Positions 51,144 to 63,919 are shown, counted from the stretch's first letter. The stretch is DNA of 64,000 bases from Chrysomallon squamiferum (GCA_012295275.1 CM022673.1:13454001-13518000), one strand, 5' to 3'. Made by a program: numbers and translations. Notes: generated from the sequence alone by a model not told the origin.

Positions 51144-52908
51144 AAAGAAACAACAAGAAACAAGCCAGAAAACACACATCTCACCTTCTCTAACAGTTCT
51201 TTAAGATGTATGATCTGTTGTTTCAGGGCTATCACTTTTTCAGACTCATGATAGTCGCTGACTACACTGGTTTTGGAAACGTAGACTTCTCTTTGCTCAG
51301 CACCAGCCACAGTCCTTATCACACTGGATGTCTGCTCCATTTCACTGCCAATTGAAGAAGCCTTAATTGTGGCATCAATCGTTGACATAGTGTTGATGGT
51401 TGATCCTGAAACATCAGTAACAGCAGCAGCAGAGAAAGCTTGAGCTCCTGAACCAGCAGGAACAGCAGAAACAGCCTCCTTGTCTCCTACCTTTGGCTCC
51501 TCTCTTGCTCTTTTCACTGATGTGTCACCAGTGCCCAGCAAACGTCCTTGACCAGAAGAAACCCTTTTCTCTTTGCTGACATCCCTGTCACCCAATGAAT
51601 CATCCTTTCTCTCTCTGGTAGTTTCCCTATCACCAAGTGAATCCTTCCTTTCTGTTGTTGTTTCCCTATCGCCATGTGAATCCTTTCTCTGCCTGGAGGT
51701 TTCTTTATCATCAAGTGAATCCTTTTATCTCCAGTAGAGCTCCTCATCTCCCTGTCGACCTCCTTATCACCAAAAGAATCCTTTCTCTCCCTGGGAACAT
51801 CCTTGTCACTAAGAGAATCTGTTTTGTCCTTGGCAGAATAATGCCTTTTCCCTCGGACAGCTTCTTTATCTTTAGAGTAGACAGTCCTTTCTCCTTTGAC
51901 GCTCGATTCTCTGCTAGAATTGCTGCCTTCCCTGCTGGAAGTGTCCTTGAAATCTTTCATAACTATAATATCTTTGGTACGTTTAGTTTCAAGCTTTTTT
52001 GGTTTTTTTGCTTGGAAAGAATGCAGAGCCTTGTGGTAAGCCTGTAAAAAAATAAAATAAAATAAAAATAAAAATTATATATATATATATGTTTGAATGT
52101 GTATGTGTTTATATATCTGTCTGGTGTGTATGTGTGTGTATTTGTATGTGTCTTTATCATCAATGTATGTGTGTATATATATATATATATTCTTGTATGT
52201 ATGTTTTTCTTTTTTTCTTGCATGACTATTTATATGCACAAACACATCCAATTTGTTATATGTGAAATTTATCTTTTTGTTTCTCTCTCCATCACTCTCA
52301 TTCTGTTTCTATTAATTTATCTCTCTTTCTGTCTCTCTCATTTATATTTTAACTTTACTATTCTTCATTTAAATGATTTCTTTGTTTATTATTATTTATT
52401 TTATTTTATTGTTATTAATTTATTTGGATGTTTTTTATATATATTTATGAATTTTATTTATTGGAACAGTTTCATTGTTTATTTACTTATCTTATTCTTT
52501 GCTAAGCTATTTATATACTTGTTTTAATTATTTTATTTCATTTTATTTTGTTATATATTTTTTTTTTTTCATTTGCTTGTTTCTTTCTTTATTTATACAT
52601 GTTTTCATAGATTTGTTATTTATTTGTTTATTACTGGTTTATTATTTTTTTCTTTATTATTTGTTTATTCAATTATTTTTGTTTGTTTGTTTGTTTGTTT
52701 ATTTGTTTACTTGTTTGTTTGTTTATAAAATATCTTACTTCTTCTTTAACTTGCTGAATCTTGATTTCCATAATTTTCTGCCATTCTTTTTTCTGTTGTT
52801 CTAGCTGTGAGAGAAAGACAAACATTTCTCTTTATTTACTATCATATATGTACATCTGTGTGTTTCTGTGATGTATATATTTTGCTATGAAAATCTCTCT
52901 CTCTCTAG

Positions 52909-52990
<82 letters not shown>

Positions 52991-53271
52991 ATAGCAAAAT
53001 ATATTCTTCTAGCAGAGTACTTATTGTATCTTAATAAATCAAGCATTTTTTTTTACAGCTTAACACAGAAAATAGAAAAATTGTGTTTGATAATATAATA
53101 CATATTTCACAATTTATTTTGTAATATTTATCAAATGTCAAATGTAATGACTTTAGAAAGGAAAATAAGTATTATAAAACATACATGTATACATTTCTCC
53201 AACATGCATATATTTACACACACACACACACACACAAATGAATACATGCATGAGATATATAACATAGTATC

Positions 53272-53308
<37 letters not shown>

Positions 53309-55449
53309 TGCATTAACATATAATTACAAAAATATCTTTATACCATGCAATAACACACATGCACACACAATCTACCTAATACGTATTTCACTCAAACACA
53401 TTTAAAGTATGCACACAATCTACCTATATATCCCAGTGAGTGAATTGTGAAATTTGAATAAACAAATGGATGCTACAGTTCTAGCATTTAAGTCTATATG
53501 TGTATATGTATTTCACAGTTTATAAACACATATAAACACAATGCCAATTCAGATTCACAGTTATTTATTTTATAGTTTTATATGCATAACACACCATACA
53601 TACACATGCACACATATACACACACAGTTACACACATATACATTCTTTAGATATAAAGTATTCAAATACAATTATTTTTGGTCTGAAATTTGATATTTTT
53701 ATTATAGTTTCGGAGTAACGTTTCAGTGAAAATGACAGTAAAAATTCTCAGATTGATTTAAATTGAAAATGGTTATATTACAAAATGAAACGAGTGAGTG
53801 ATACAAAATAATAACAGTGGTTGTGAACAGTTGTCAGCTGAAAGCATCTGTTGTACATACTTGTATTCTTCTGAAGTAGCTTTTGGAAGAAATGTAAAAT
53901 AAAAATATACTTACAGTGTTTATACATATATTTATATATATACTTAAAAGAGAGAGCGAGAGAGCAAGAGAGAGCGAGAGAGAGAGAGAGAGAGAGAGAG
54001 ACACACACACAGACAAAAAAACAGAAAAAATGAGAATGGATGAATAGAGAGAGAGAGATTAAAGAAGGAGAGAGAGAGAGACACACACACACACACACAG
54101 ACAGACAGAAAAACAGACAAAATGAGAATGGATGAATAGAGAGAGAGAGAGAAAAAAAGAGAGAGATAGGGAGACTATTAGCCTAACAATATATATTCAT
54201 AGTTTCATGTTTTGAATGTAACCTAATAGCAAGAACCTGTTATAGTCTCAGATGAATGACTATTTTCTGTCTTATACATACACACACACACACGCATGCA
54301 TGCACATATAACTGGCTGAGTATTTATGAAGCCACAGCAAAGCACTTCACTTACCAAAGTGGAAATAAAGAAATCAATGTATGTGTATGTAAATATATTT
54401 ACAGAGATAATAAAATAGTTATTGAAATTAAAAACTGTCACTGCTTTAGTAAGACAAAACACACAGCAAACAACACAGCCAGTAGTTAACACAGAGACTC
54501 AAAGAAATAAAAATAGAAAAAAAATTGGTTATACTGGTTACATTGGTTATATCTGAGTATGTAAATGTTTTGTTAAAAAATTGATCAGTTTTCTTATATT
54601 TTGTTTATGTGTGTTGTTATGTATGTGTGTGTATATATATATATATATATATGTATGCATATGTGTATATTTTTGTATATATATCTTGATGTGTGTGTAT
54701 GTATGTATAAGTATATGTATGTATGCATATAATGTATATTTTTATACATTCATATATCTGCATGTGTGTGTCTATATATGTATGTATATGTGTATATTGA
54801 TGTGTGTGTGAATATATGTGTGTATGTGTTTGTGTTTATGTACGTAAATATATATACTTATTAAAACTAAAACAACATAAGAATTGACAGTTTAATTATT
54901 GATACAAATTATGTTAATCACCTACAAAAGGACCAGAGGTTAAATATTTTTTTACCTAGGTAACAGGGCATGAAATATCTAATGATTAAGGTACACAGTC
55001 CGTGGAAATAAACATAAAAATAAAGAGAAATCAGATCTAAACTAGATCAAGATGTTCTGTATTGAAAAAGAAAATAGGGTTATGATAAAGTTCTGACAAA
55101 TAAATTTGTCCTCTGACTATCTGACACTGTTTATATATATATATATAAATAAATGAAGGCATATTCATCCAGAAAAGTAGAGATAAAAAAAAATTGTTAA
55201 ATACATTTGAAGGTTGTAAGTGAAAAAGTAAGAAAAATTATTTTTATACTGTTTATCAAAAAGTGTGGAGATGAAATTATAAATTATATTTAACCCCCCC
55301 CAAAAAAACAGATCTTTCCATTGATGACATAGTATAATACAAATACTACTTGGTAATAATAATAATAATAATAATAAAAATAATAATAATTATCGCAGTA
55401 ATAATAGTAATAATTTAATAATAATGATAATAATAGCAGTAGCATTAAC

Positions 55450-55507
<58 letters not shown>

Positions 55508-57204
55508 TGGTGTTAAATTTCATCATTAAGTATGGTTGGATGACAACCCCAAAACACATTTTATAATACAAAAAAACCCACAGCACACATGAAAGAAATA
55601 CATGGTTAGTCACACCATCACCATCACCATCACCATTATAAGTCACATGATTATATTAAATACAGAGAGAAAATATTAATAAGACAGAAATATGAGTAAT
55701 AAAAATTTCATTTACCGCCTCATCTACCTGTAAATTGATAATTGTTACATAATTTATAATTAATACCTGTAAATTAATAATTGCTACATAATTTGTAATT
55801 AATAACATGTAATACCTGTAAATTAATAATTATTATTTTAATACATTTAACATATTGCTTATGATAAACACTTCTCTTCTTACAAATATTTATAATGATA
55901 ACGAGAACAACAATAATAGTAATAATAATAATATAAGAACAATAATAATAATAATACATAACAATAATAGTCTTAATAAAATAATAATTAATAACAATGA
56001 CAACAATTATAAAATTATTTAATAATAAATACAATGACATTTAAAAAAGAAATAATTCATTAAATATGTTGTTAACAAAATCAAAAAATAATAATAATAA
56101 AGGCAGCAAAAAAAAAAAAAAAAAAAAATAACCCATCAAAAACACCAACATCAACAGTAATAAAATATTCTTTAAAATTACAAAATAAATGCATATAAAA
56201 TAAGAATTAATAAGTAAGATATTTACCAGCTGTTTAGCAGCCTGAGATCCTTCCACTTTGCTTTGTTTTATATCAAATTTGTCTTGATGAAGCTACAATA
56301 AAACAATAATAAAAATACAATACAATGTAATAATCAATAATGTTTCTTTATGTATGGGCATGAACGTGTACATACATGTAAAATATGTAAATGTTTAACA
56401 CTACTGTCAAGCAGTCATAGTGAACCTTGATCAGAAGGGTAGCAATGTCAAGGCCATGGTTTTCTTAAATTTTTAATGACAAATAAGACCTCACCTGGTC
56501 AACTAATTTCTGACATCTTTTGAGTTGAGTCTGCAGAAAATCAATTTGCTGATCTACAAAATAAACAAATAAATAAAATAGAAATTCACACAAACAGATA
56601 TATGGATACACACATACACCCCCTCCCACACACCTATATCTCACATCCACACCCATACACATGATTATGGTGATACTGCCACTGACAAAAACTGGTGTAA
56701 ATTCAGTTTCTGCTTGGCTTGTACATTTTATGTGCAACTGGATGCTGTTTAAAATAACTGTATTATTACACAAAAACATTAGAGCGTGAACTTTTTAATC
56801 ATTTGAACTTTTTTATTTATACATATACACACATGTGTATTAAGTGCTAAATTTGGTTATATTACTACATTCCATTATCTCTTTCACATATAGTGTTTAA
56901 GTCTATACTGGAGTTCCCTTTCACTGAACACATTATTGGCAGTTTGCCTTCCCCAGCCCAGACTTCACTGTGGATTGAGTTTTACTTACTTAGCTGGCTT
57001 ACTTCCATTTCCTTGTTGTGAATAGATTCCTCCAGTCGGGAAACATGTCTCTCCATCTCCATCTCATCTTTAGATCCTACTGTCGAACTTCCTAACTCTC
57101 CCTAAACAGAAAATACACAAAGTTACTGGTATTTACAGCCTAACAATATGTATTATGCAAAACAAACAGCTAATTAATATGTATATTTGTGTGTGTGTGT
57201 GTGT

Positions 57205-57251
<47 letters not shown>

Positions 57252-57527
57252 CACTGATATCAATAATTATATAGTTAAATGAGTTTATACAAAAAAAAAA
57301 AGCTAGTTAATACATAAATATATAAATCATGGACATATGTAATTATATTGTTAAATATATATCATGCAAAACAAACAACTAATTAATACATAAATATACA
57401 TTAAAATTTACAGATGAATATAATTATGTAGTTACAAACATATATATATATTTGTGTGCACTTATAATTACATGTATTAAAGAATACACATATGGTTAGA
57501 TATAAGCACACATTCTCTTACAATTAC

Positions 57528-57563
<36 letters not shown>

Positions 57564-59068
57564 CAATGTATTCAGTAAAATCAGAAATGAAAAATATATT
57601 AAATTTCCAAAATTTATATAACATAAATATAAAATAAATATATTAATATTAACCTGCTTTCATTAAGTTTCATAACAATTAAATTTATTTCCTTATAAAG
57701 TAATTTCATATTATAACATCTCCTCACTCTAAAGTCTGGTGGATATAAGTATTTTTATGTATTATTATTATTTTTTAAATTTAAATTTCAGTGTGATAAA
57801 AATTGAGATTCATAAGAATGAAGTAGAAATATATTGTCTGTGAATGTTGTAACATACAACATTTAATTTTGATAAATGATAAGTAATATAATCATCAAGC
57901 ATGCTGTCATTTTGTTACATTATTAAATAAAACCACAAACTCCATGACTGATTAGAGAATCTGAATGTAAACACTAGGAGGAAGCATGTATAGATTTTTT
58001 ACTGCTTTTTATAACTTTTTGCCAGTCTTTTGAAACATGCATTTAGAAATACAATAAATAATAATAACAGTATTAATTCAAGAAGTCGTATTGAAAGCTA
58101 TTCAGAAAGTTAGTCAGATAACACACACACAGACACAAGTTATTTATGCTTTTCAATTGTATTAATGACAAAAACAACACTTATAAACCCAAACACATAT
58201 ATTCAGTGTATGCAAAAAACTGCAGAAACAAAAGCAGTGCAAAATAATATAATTTTAAAAGTTAATTTTTGCTGAAATAGAAAGCATATACCTGTACTTA
58301 TATGTAATATTATATGTAGAAACCAAACACATAGGCTCACATACATAAAGAATGCAACATCTGTCCACATACATGAAATATATTATTATACATACAGAAA
58401 TTCAGACATGTGCAGTGCAAAAATAAATGAAATTCAGAGTGTCAGAAAACAAAAGAAAATGAATATTAGTACAATAAATTAATTTCTAAAACTCATTCTA
58501 AACATAAAATTGAAATTTTGTACAATCATGGCATGAGATTTAGATTTTATTACTAAAGCTGCTTGTCAGATTATTTATAAATATATTTAACAAAGTATAT
58601 ACATCAATTATTACAAAACTGTACATAAATGTTTTTTGAAAAATTTCATATTTATTTTTAAAAGCTTTTGGAAATATTCAAGTACTTTAGGGCATTGAAA
58701 ACGTTAGTTCAGACAGAATGTTCTGAGAAGTTTGATAATTTGTTAATACAATAGACTTGAGAAATGTTTGTTGGAAGGAGTTAGGAGAGAAGTTAGGAGC
58801 TCGTAACACGGCACTCAGGATTTACCACATGATCTGAACTGGAATGACTGGTTCCTGATTGAACACTTACAGCATCATCACGTGTCTTGTCTGTGATGCT
58901 ACTACGATCAGCCAACTGACTCTAAAATTGTCACATCACCTTTTAACATATTTCTAGAACATGTAACAATTTTACACTCCTATCACTATACATATATTCT
59001 TACATACAGGGCACATATTTCACAACAAGAAAACACACACATAGACATGCACTCAGGCATGCATGCAT

Positions 59069-59110
<42 letters not shown>

Positions 59111-59494
59111 TCATCCTGACGTTCTCTTCATCTCTCTTTCCCTCTCTACCTACTTGCTTTTGAACACACACACATCAGAAATATATATTAAAAGAAAAAG
59201 AAAACAAAAAACAAGATGGCTACCTCAGCTTCTTTTATTCGATACTGATTCAGTTGGGTCTGTAGCATTTTGATGACTGATTCATTTCTAATCAGTGTTG
59301 TCTGCAACTCTTGAAACCTCTCTTCATTTTTACTTGAGTATCCTGCAAGTTTTTCTCTCTCCTCTTCCAGTCGTGCCTGTAGGTTTTTCTGAAAAACAGA
59401 AAAATAAACACATTATTTACATCATTATTACAACACGAAAAAGTAATCCTATTCAAAAATTACACACACACACACTTTCAGTGAACCAGAATTG

Positions 59495-59550
<56 letters not shown>

Positions 59551-62378
59551 TACCACACATATTGTACACCAAACAATTAAATACAAACCATACAAACATA
59601 CACTGTACCTGCACATATCACACAAACATACATCACAAACACAAACACACACTTGTAAATATATATAACACATATAAATTATATGTCACAATCACAAATA
59701 TACCATACAGACATATACCACACATAAAAATATACACCAACACACACACACAACATATATCACATACACACACACACACTTTGGTTTTTAATATCTAGTC
59801 CACATTTTGCAATACTGTACAAATATAAAACACATAAACATATTAACTTACAAGTTAAGTGAAGAAAAACATTCTTATTGTGTTTGTTAAAAACTTACAT
59901 CAAACAAATAGGATATCCTGGCTATTGCATCAGAAAGCTGCTGTTTGAAAGCATGTCTCAGTTTAATAATCCTCTGAAAATAATCATCATTAATCATTTC
60001 ATTATCATCATCATTAATACTTTCATTTTTATTGATAATCATTTCATTATTGCCATTAATTATTAATATAAAATCTCAAAACTATCATAACTAATTATTT
60101 CATGACACTAGTAATCTGAAAATATCATTATAATAATCTGAAGTTAAAAAAATTAATTACTCATTAATTATTTCACTGCAATTAATCTTAGATTTGAAAA
60201 TATCATCTATCATTATGATAATTATAAAGATATAATTATTTCATTATAGCAATTTAATTTTTTTTAAATAAATAAAAGAAAAGAAATATTATCATTAATA
60301 ATTTGATTTCTGGTACCAGAAATTTGAAAATATCATTTATCATTTCATTACAAATTACAATTTTGAAAATATCATTTATCATTTCATTACATATCTCAAA
60401 TCTGAAAATATTATTAATCATTAAGTCTGAAGTTTGGAAATATCATCTGTAATCATCTTATGACTTCAAATGGAAACAGCGTCATTTTTGCTCTCAACAT
60501 TGTAGAATACAATCCATGATGATAATTATTATTTCAAAACAAATCAACATAAGAATGTGAAAAGAAAATGTCTTACCTTTTCATGCAGTTTTTCTAAGTC
60601 TGTTACTCTTTCATTAATTCGACAGTAACTGTAACAATATATAAATTATTACAACTGAATAACATTAGTACCAAATATTCTCTCCAGCAGTAGTAACAAT
60701 TATACAGTAAATACCATTAATACAGATATAAGTGTTTACTGAAAATATATTTACTAATACTATATATATATATATATATATATTGTTTAAAATAGTATTA
60801 ATCATATAGTGCTCAGCTATTAACAGCTGGGAACAATTTCTTATTAACTTGACTGATTAAGATGAACTCTCAAACTAAAGATTGTAGTTCAAATCCTGAT
60901 GCTGGAAGGTTGAGTGACTATATAAATAATCATTTAATATGTAAATTGGCACAATTTTTGTTTTCTTTTATCTAATATCTATATATATATATACTGGTTA
61001 TAATATTATAGATTATTACTGAAAAAAAATTCAATAATTAAAAAAGCATTCATTAAAAACAAACAAAAAAAAGCTTCTGACACATATCCATCAATCTCTT
61101 TCATTTTACATTTATCAGTCTGAAATCACTGGGTTCTGAATTTTATTATATTGAACCTGAATTAAATTTTAAAAAATAAAAAAAAAAAAAACCCCTCACA
61201 GCTCTAGGGATTTCCGCTGAAGATTTCCTTCATAATCAGCTTGCATCACATGTTTGTTCAAGTTTAAATCTCTTCTAATAGTTGAAACATCCTATTAATA
61301 AAAAATAAAAATAAAAATAAAAATAATAAAATAAAAAATAAAAAAATATAAATAAATAAAAGAAAAAAGAAAAGAAATAAGAAATAAATAAATAAAGAAA
61401 GAAAAGATTAATAATGATGGTGATAATTACAGTATGTATATATGTATATATATATGTGTGTGTGTGCACATACATATTAATAAAGAAAAACAAGTCAGTA
61501 AATTAATAACGAAATTTATAACAATTATAACAATAACAACAACAACAACAACAACAACCCTGTGGTGATAAAACATATATAAATGCTAATAAAATATTTC
61601 AGAAATTACTTGTATTAGAACTTGTATGACTTCTGTCATTTCTTTGAGATCCACAATTTCTGTAGCATTTGTCTGGGATCCCCTGTCCAGTGTGAAGAAA
61701 CCAATCTTCTGATTATCAGCCAGCATAGGCCTGTTAGAAAGAAACTTAACAAATAACTAATTAAAACAAACAATAAAAAAATAAATTATTATCCTATAAT
61801 TCATACAATTATTTTAATATATGTATTTTTTTTTTGTCCTTCTTTTTCTCTTTTATAATAAACTGTAATTAATAATATACAATTTTATCAATTTCAGAAT
61901 GCAGAATATCCAAACTCACCTAGAATAATTTGTTCCAATAGTTTTATACAACAAAAAGTTTGATTCACTATATTCTTTAATACCAGAAAGCTGCATTTTG
62001 AATTTTAGTCTGAATTTGCCTAGGCTAAATTACACTTAACACTGTTCTCTAACTTTTAATATTTGATACCGATTTAGGTTGCTGGTGTAAACTACGTCAT
62101 CCGTAAGGAATTAGTGACGTCATAAATGCATGTACAAACGACGGGCACCTTTATTACTAGCTATTATTTTATTAAGTATTATTATTGGTCACTATCGAGG
62201 TTTTTAATTAATTAAAAATGGTCAAAACTTTATAAAAGTAACTTAAACTTTACCTGAATAAATCGATATCGGTTTCATTATTTCCATAGATCTGAAGAAC
62301 ACGATCTTGAAGTTCTTCTTCGGCGATTTTGTAATCATTTTGAGGATGAATTGGTTGAGGCACAACCTCGACCGACAT
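47442..62378 (-). CDS. C10orf67: C10orf67-like (DUF4709 + DUF4724) coiled-coil protein; exons 62254-62378, 61610-61730, 61200-61291, 60577-60628, 59899-59973, 59224-59388, 58871(or 58826)-58921, 56990-57101, 56495-56553, 56227-56292, 55716-55727, 52739-52804, 51185-52041 (frameshifted at about 51723-51726), 50473-50600, 50237-50302, 49802-49889, 49143-49202, 48564-48693, 48059-48131, 47442-47526
   Basis: N-terminal RPMLADNQKIGFFTLDRGSQTNATEIVDLKEM...INERVTDLEKLHEKRIIKLRHAFKQQLSDAIARI and C-terminal WEKKFAVLQRSLFALKDESYLRQTLQKQAAQL recall the two conserved blocks of vertebrate C10orf67. All junctions are GT-AG with matching phases, except the 857-nt exon, which is 1 nt short. Confidence 0.78.
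50739..51230 (-). repeat. Five tandem copies (one real, four degenerate) of the exon-13 3' end plus donor of the C10orf67-like gene
   Basis: LKQQIIHLKELLEK|GT-type segment with exon-end equivalents at 51185, 51049, 50949, 50823 and 50739 (the last has GC instead of GT), separated by T-rich spacers on the - strand. Confidence 0.85.
52875..53004. repeat. Inverted repeat enclosing a (TA)n(GA)n microsatellite
   Basis: ATATATTTTGCTATGAAAATCTCTCT...AGAGAGATTTTTATAGCAAAATATAT; the unique arms are complementary with 1 mismatch and extended by CT/AG repeats. Confidence 0.8.
55716..55727 (-). CDS. Candidate 12-nt microexon (GTA GAT GAG GCG = VDEA) of the C10orf67-like gene
   Basis: - strand CAATTTACAG|GTAGATGAGGCG|GTAAAT; both neighbours are phase 0; a GC-rich 12-mer in an AT-rich intron. 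Confidence 0.55.
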
Positions 62379-62793
62379 TTTTGTTTTGACAATTACTAAG
62401 GAACAGAAGCGAGTTGCTGACTTCCTCTTTCATTAAGGGCAATAACTCGCACGGGGGAGCCGTTTGTCCTAAATTTGGAGAAAGAAAAACAAATATTTTT
62501 AAAGGGAGAAAGATGTAGAAAGTTACTGTTTTCTATTCATGACCATTTTAATAAATAACGTAAGTTATGCAGAATGAAATCTGAATAACCACATCATTAT
62601 TTTCATTTAAAACAATCAATGACATGCGATTTATGAAATAACATTGTATAAATCACATTCGTGACATTGGCTGTCAGAATAAATCCACTGACATTTGAAA
62701 AGAAAACATTGTTGTAGAAGAATCCCAGATAATAGTAATTATGTTGAAAGTAATTGTCATGTGTCAGTTTATGGTGTCGTTTTCACACATACA

Positions 62794-62867
<74 letters not shown>

Positions 62868-63030
62868 GCACAAAAAAAGTATTAGAAATATGTTAAAAAC
62901 GACGTGGCAGTTTTAGAGTGAGATGGCTTCACTTTCGGTGATGTTACTTATTTCAGTGTTAAAATTTTACCACTTTTGATCTTCTTTCTTATTTATTCAC
63001 TTTAATTTGATCACATTATTTTTATTTCAG
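62078..63030. promoter_or_regulatory. Bidirectional promoter region C10orf67-like / DNAJC28
   Basis: Divergent ATGs at 62378 (-) and 63040 (+); CpG-enriched; full CRE TGACGTCA at 62115-62122, X-box-like GTTGCTGGTGTAAAC at 62078-62092, YY1-like AGATGGC at about 62921. Confidence 0.55.
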
Positions 63031-63039
63031 TGAACCACA

Positions 63040-63919
63040 ATGTGCTTTCGAGTAAAGAAGAACTACCTTCTCATTCAGAGTTCTTTCTTAATATCGAACT
63101 CTTTTGCAAACACGTTTTCCCTTTCCCCAGTTCTTCACAAAATACACATTTCTGCTGCCACTGCTTTTCCAAGTATTCAGGAGAAAGCAAAACTGAAGGA
63201 AAGTTATTCAGTTCTTGGTGTGAAGGAAGATGCCAGTGTGACAGAGCTGAAAGAAGTTTACATCACACTGGCCAAACAGTATCATCCAGACAGTGGTTCC
63301 GGAGTGGCTGATGCCACAAAATTTGGTCAAGTTAAAGAAGCCTATAAAGTTATCATGGTAAATCTTATGCTGTTATCTTGGTAAATTTATAAAATGGACT
63401 TGATAAATCTGATACAGATTTCTTGGTAAATTTATAATATTATCTTTTAAATCTTATATGGTTATCTTGGTATATCTTATACAGTTACATTGATAAATTG
63501 ATACAACTTTTAATTTAAAACAGATTACTATTAATTTTGAGTCATATATCAATTTGTATTAGTATTACTGTTAATTTTAAGTTTTAGTAGTATTACTGTT
63601 AGTATTACTTTTGAGTATTATTAAAGTTAATTTTAATCTAGAATTAGTATTACTATGAATTTTGAGCAAGATTACTGTTAATTTTAATTTTTAATACTAT
63701 TAATATTAATTTTAATTCTGAGTAGTATTTATATTAATTATAAGGAGTATTAATATTAAATTTCAGTACTATTAATATTAATATTAATTTTGAGTGGTGA
63801 AATTTGTTTAGGATCATCACAAAAGTACGGATCTTGCTGAAGTGGATAATGAAATAGAACGCATGATTTTTGACATCAAACACACAGCTCCTCAACATCG
63901 TCAGTACCTGAGTTTTGAG
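63040..63919 (+). CDS. DNAJC28: DnaJ homolog subfamily C member 28 (5' part; exons 63040-63357 and 63812-63919; continues beyond the window)
   Basis: Presequence-like N-terminus; J-domain SYSVLGV...LAKQYHPDSGS...KFGQVKEAY with the HPD motif; then FDIKHTAPQHRQYLSFE, matching the PQHRxYLSFEG block typical of DNAJC28. Confidence 0.88.

Noticed and set aside
51715-51735. Programmed -1 ribosomal frameshift or a tiny intron explaining the frame break
   Set aside because: There is no canonical slippery heptamer (a -1 slip would place the P-site tRNA on UAA). The only possible 38-nt GT-AG intron lacks a donor consensus and a pyrimidine tract.
53848-53880. Possible small exon of the C10orf67-like gene (...AG|AAGAATACAA|GTATGT)
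   Set aside because: Candidate lengths (10 or 19 nt) break the frame between phase-0 neighbours, and there is no other support.
52093-55646. Many 60-144-aa F/Y/I/L/C/V-rich ORFs in the supplied track (also 28729-29207, 18963-20250 and others)
   Set aside because: Low-complexity translations of poly-T, (TG)n, (TA)n and (TTA)n intronic tracts, with no domain or splice support.
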